Part shown: one piece after another, positions 61,763 to 64,000 of the stretch
Layout of the letters: every line of letters starts with the position of its first letter
Numbering within the stretch: the stretch's first letter is position 1
From: Desulfovibrio sp.
GTDB taxonomy: Bacteria; Desulfobacterota; Desulfovibrionia; Desulfovibrionales; Desulfovibrionaceae
Reading direction: 5' to 3'
DNA: 64,000 nt
NCBI GenBank assembly: GCA_031271265.1
Contig: JAISWB010000044.1
Coordinates: 17,249-81,248 of the forward strand
The notes under the pieces: model-generated
Seen by the model: only the letters and a program-made list of their open reading frames with translations
Databases searched by the model: none
What the model was told of the DNA's origin: nothing
Made by a program: the position numbers and the translations under genes

Positions 61763-62887
61763 ATGGCCGCCCGCACCCCGCGCCGTCCGGTATCCGCCGT
61801 CTCCGGAGTACAACCGAAGGGCCGCGCTCTCCGCGGAATCTCACCGTCCGCGCCGGCCGGAACCCGGACGCCTCCTCCCGCCCCCGTAAACGCTCCGCCG
61901 GAGCAGGCGGTTCCCGATACGGTCGCCATGTTCCTGGCCCATCTGGAGATGGAAAAGGGCTGTTCTCCGGCCACTGTCGAGGCCTACGGCAACGATGTCA
62001 TGCAGTTTGAAACACTCGTGGCCCGGCAGGGGCTTTCCCTTGCCGCCCCGGAATCGATTACGCGGCGCCGTGTGGAATCCTGGTTGGCCGACCTGCACCG
62101 GCAAGGCGTGAGCAAAACGTCGATGGGGCGCAAACTGTCGTCCCTGCGCGCCTTTTTCCGCTTTTGCGCGCGCATGCGCATGATCGCCGCCCTGCCCACG
62201 GAAGGCGTGGGCAACCCGAAAACCGAAAAACATCACCCCGCTTTCCTGAATGCGGATCAGGCCTTCGCCCTGCTGGACGCGCGCGAAAATACTCCGGCCG
62301 CGTTTTCATCCGACAGGATGCCTTCTCATTATGCAACCCGAAGACCGCCGGACGCACCCGCTGCCCCGGACCGGGAAAAGACCGCGGCCGTCAAAGCCCG
62401 CGACCTGTGTCTCGCCGAAATTCTTTACGGTTCGGGCCTGCGCGTGTCCGAAGCCCTGTCTCTCAACGAAGGCCGGATAAACGGAGCGTCCGCCACCCTG
62501 CGCATTCCCGGCAAAGGCGGCAAAGAACGCCTCGCGCCGCTTACCGACACGGCCCGCCTCGCTCTAGACACATGGCTTGCGCAGCGGTCTATTCTGGCGG
62601 ACACAGCGGAACGCGCCCTGTTCGTCGGTGAACGCGGCCGCCGCCTGAACCGCCGCGAAGCCCAACGCATCCTGGAAAGACTCTGCCGGCAGGCCGGGTT
62701 GCCCCAGGCCGTGTCGCCGCACGCCCTGCGGCACTCCTTCGCCACCCACCTGCTGGAAGCAGGCGCGGATCTCCGCAGCGTCCAGGAACTCATGGGGCAC
62801 TCCCGCCTGAGTACCACTCAACGCTATACCCACCTTAATCTGGCCCATCTGACCGCCGTGTACGATAAAGCCCACCCGAAAAGCTGA
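61763..62887 (+). CDS. xerC: Tyrosine recombinase XerC/XerD family
   Basis: N-terminal SAM-like FLAHLEMEKGCSPATVEAYGNDV. Catalytic LYGSGLRVSEA, HALRHSFATHLLEAGADLRSVQELMGHSRLSTTQRYTHL. The XerC-versus-XerD assignment is tentative. Confidence 0.85.
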   Translation: MAARTPRRPVSAVSGVQPKGRALRGISPSAPAGTRTPPPAPVNAPPEQAVPDTVAMFLAHLEMEKGCSPATVEAYGNDVMQFETLVARQGLSLAAPESITRRRVESWLADLHRQGVSKTSMGRKLSSLRAFFRFCARMRMIAALPTEGVGNPKTEKHHPAFLNADQAFALLDARENTPAAFSSDRMPSHYATRRPPDAPAAPDREKTAAVKARDLCLAEILYGSGLRVSEALSLNEGRINGASATLRIPGKGGKERLAPLTDTARLALDTWLAQRSILADTAERALFVGERGRRLNRREAQRILERLCRQAGLPQAVSPHALRHSFATHLLEAGADLRSVQELMGHSRLSTTQRYTHLNLAHLTAVYDKAHPKS

Positions 62888-62912
62888 CGGCGCTTTTCCT
62901 TTTTTTTCTTTT
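62878..62912 (+). terminator. Possible rho-independent terminator of xerC
   Basis: GAAAAGC-tgacggc-GCTTTTC followed by ctttttttctttt. The AU-rich stem lowers confidence. Confidence 0.45.
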
Positions 62913-62917
62913 GAGGA

Positions 62918-62946
62918 GGGAATGATTCTCTCCCCAATTCCTCTCC
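62918..62946. repeat. Weaker copy C of the GGAATGATTC palindromic repeat
   Basis: gggaatgattctctccccaattcctctcc shares the 10-nt core and the C-rich tail with copies A and B. It lies between convergent xerC and folC. Confidence 0.4.
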
Positions 62947-63124
62947 GATGTTCGACGGCGTTGTCGCATCCCGGCAATGTTGCCGAAATCGGAGGTGCAG
63001 CGGCATCACCGGCCTTGCGTCGGCTCAGGCCTACCTGCCGGGGTGAAGGGGCGGAATCCCGTCCGAGGTGAAGGGTCGAGCGGAGCAGGCGCATGGTCGA
63101 CGTATCTCCCCGCGCAGCTTCGTG

Positions 63125-64000
63125 TCATTCCGTCAGGTATTTCGGGCAGAGGGTGTACAGTTCCGCCAGGAGGTAGAGCGATCCGCAGATGAGCAGGGGA
63201 TTGGCGGGGGCGCCGCCGGTGGGAGATTCGGGCAGGCGTTCGATTACGGCATTTGATGCCCGGCGCAGGGCTTCGGCGAGGGAGGGCGCGGCGCAGGCGT
63301 TCAGGCCTGCGAGGGCGGCGAGTTCACGGGGGTCCGCGGCGCGGGGGTTGCCGGCGATGGGGGGGATGAAAATCGGGCCGGTAGCCAGAGCGCGCAGTAG
63401 GGAGAGCATGTCTGCGGGATTTTTGTCGTGGAGGCAGGAAAAGATAACCGCTGCAGGCGCTGTGCCGGAGGCTGCAAGGCTTTCGCCGAGTGCGGCCAGA
63501 CCGTGCGGGTTGTGCGCTCCGTCCAGGAGCAGGGGAGGGCGTCCTGAGGGGAACAGCGCGGCTTCAGCCGGTTCAAGGGATGTCGGGGGCAGGGGGCGGA
63601 TCAGTTGCATGCGTCCGGGCAGCCGGGCGCGTGCGAGGGCGCGGGCCTCGGCGTTGCTGTCCGGTGCGCCTGCGAGGCGTTCCATGATTGCCGGAGGGAA
63701 AGCTTTGTTGCGTACGAGGGTCCGGAAAGCGGCGAGGGCGAGGCGGGCGTTGGCGATCTGGTGTTTGCCGGGCATGGCCGGCACGGCGTTCAAGGGCATG
63801 GGCATGGAGTCGTCGATGAGGAAGAACGGGGCGTTGAGCGCTGTGGCGCGGCGTTGCAGTTCGTCCAGTGCTTCCGGGTTTTGGCGGCCGCTGAGGACGG
63901 GTTTGCCGGGGCGCACGGCGCCGGCCTTGTCCGCGGCAATTTCTTTGAGGGTGGGGCCGAGTACGGCTTCGTGATCCATGCCTATGGGGGTAAAGAGCAC
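63125..64000 (-). CDS. folC: Folylpolyglutamate synthase / dihydrofolate synthase FolC (C-terminal part; the N-terminus lies beyond the window)
   Basis: Mur-ligase-family sequence (FTPIGMDHEAVLGPTLKEIAADKAGA..., LLLDGAHNPHG). The ORF runs to the window edge. Confidence 0.85.
   Translation of the reverse strand: MLFTPIGMDHEAVLGPTLKEIAADKAGAVRPGKPVLSGRQNPEALDELQRRATALNAPFFLIDDSMPMPLNAVPAMPGKHQIANARLALAAFRTLVRNKAFPPAIMERLAGAPDSNAEARALARARLPGRMQLIRPLPPTSLEPAEAALFPSGRPPLLLDGAHNPHGLAALGESLAASGTAPAAVIFSCLHDKNPADMLSLLRALATGPIFIPPIAGNPRAADPRELAALAGLNACAAPSLAEALRRASNAVIERLPESPTGGAPANPLLICGSLYLLAELYTLCPKYLTE

Noticed and set aside
61763-62887. Tyrosine recombinase as a marker of an integrated mobile element.
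   Set aside because: The sequence is XerC/XerD-like, with housekeeping motifs and the dprA-xerC context. No phage or ICE genes and no att-like repeats flank it.

Overview
This is a high-GC (about 60-65% by eye) bacterial chromosomal segment. Gene content and protein sequences resemble a Desulfovibrio-type deltaproteobacterium, but that is inference only, since no search was possible. I support about 46 protein genes and one tRNA. Almost all are core housekeeping genes. In window order: pyrR, a livFGMH plus binding-protein ABC importer, a class-V aminotransferase, a 1092-aa orphan membrane protein, recN, rpoB-rpoC, a small ORF, rpsL-rpsG-fusA, htrA, rlmH, tsaC, proC, an NMO/FabK-like flavoenzyme, an overlapping pfk-addA-addB-like operon and a polytopic membrane protein. 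Then comes a low-GC islet with an outer-membrane beta-barrel gene and a yafQ/dinJ toxin-antitoxin pair. After it: an RRM RNA-binding protein, RNase J, a Tim44-like protein, a triheme cytochrome c peroxidase, mltB, tRNA-Lys(CUU), surE, a SWIM-SNF2 helicase, rpoZ-dnaJ, hisD, purC, fabI, yjbR, ybgF, dprA, xerC and folC (cut by the window edge). I see no CRISPR array, transposase, prophage block or recognisable multi-gene defence island, and no convincing complete novel multigene system. The items most worth a second look are: (1) the 1092-aa orphan membrane protein next to the aminotransferase; (2) a strand-skewed CA-rich degenerate ~51-bp tandem array in the divergent region before the OMP gene; (3) a ~590-bp AT-rich non-coding block before ybgF; (4) an unusually long, hairpin-rich rpsG-fusA spacer; (5) a short palindromic intergenic repeat family (GGAATGATTCCCCC...); (6) a 39-bp tandem duplication carrying GTATAC motifs in front of the peroxidase gene; (7) in-frame tandem repeats or low-complexity inserts inside recN, addA, mltB, dprA and the orphan protein. 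Many long ORFs on the track are GC-driven antisense artefacts or over-extended N-termini, and I trimmed or rejected them. Start codons, promoters and functions are sequence-based calls and have not been verified.
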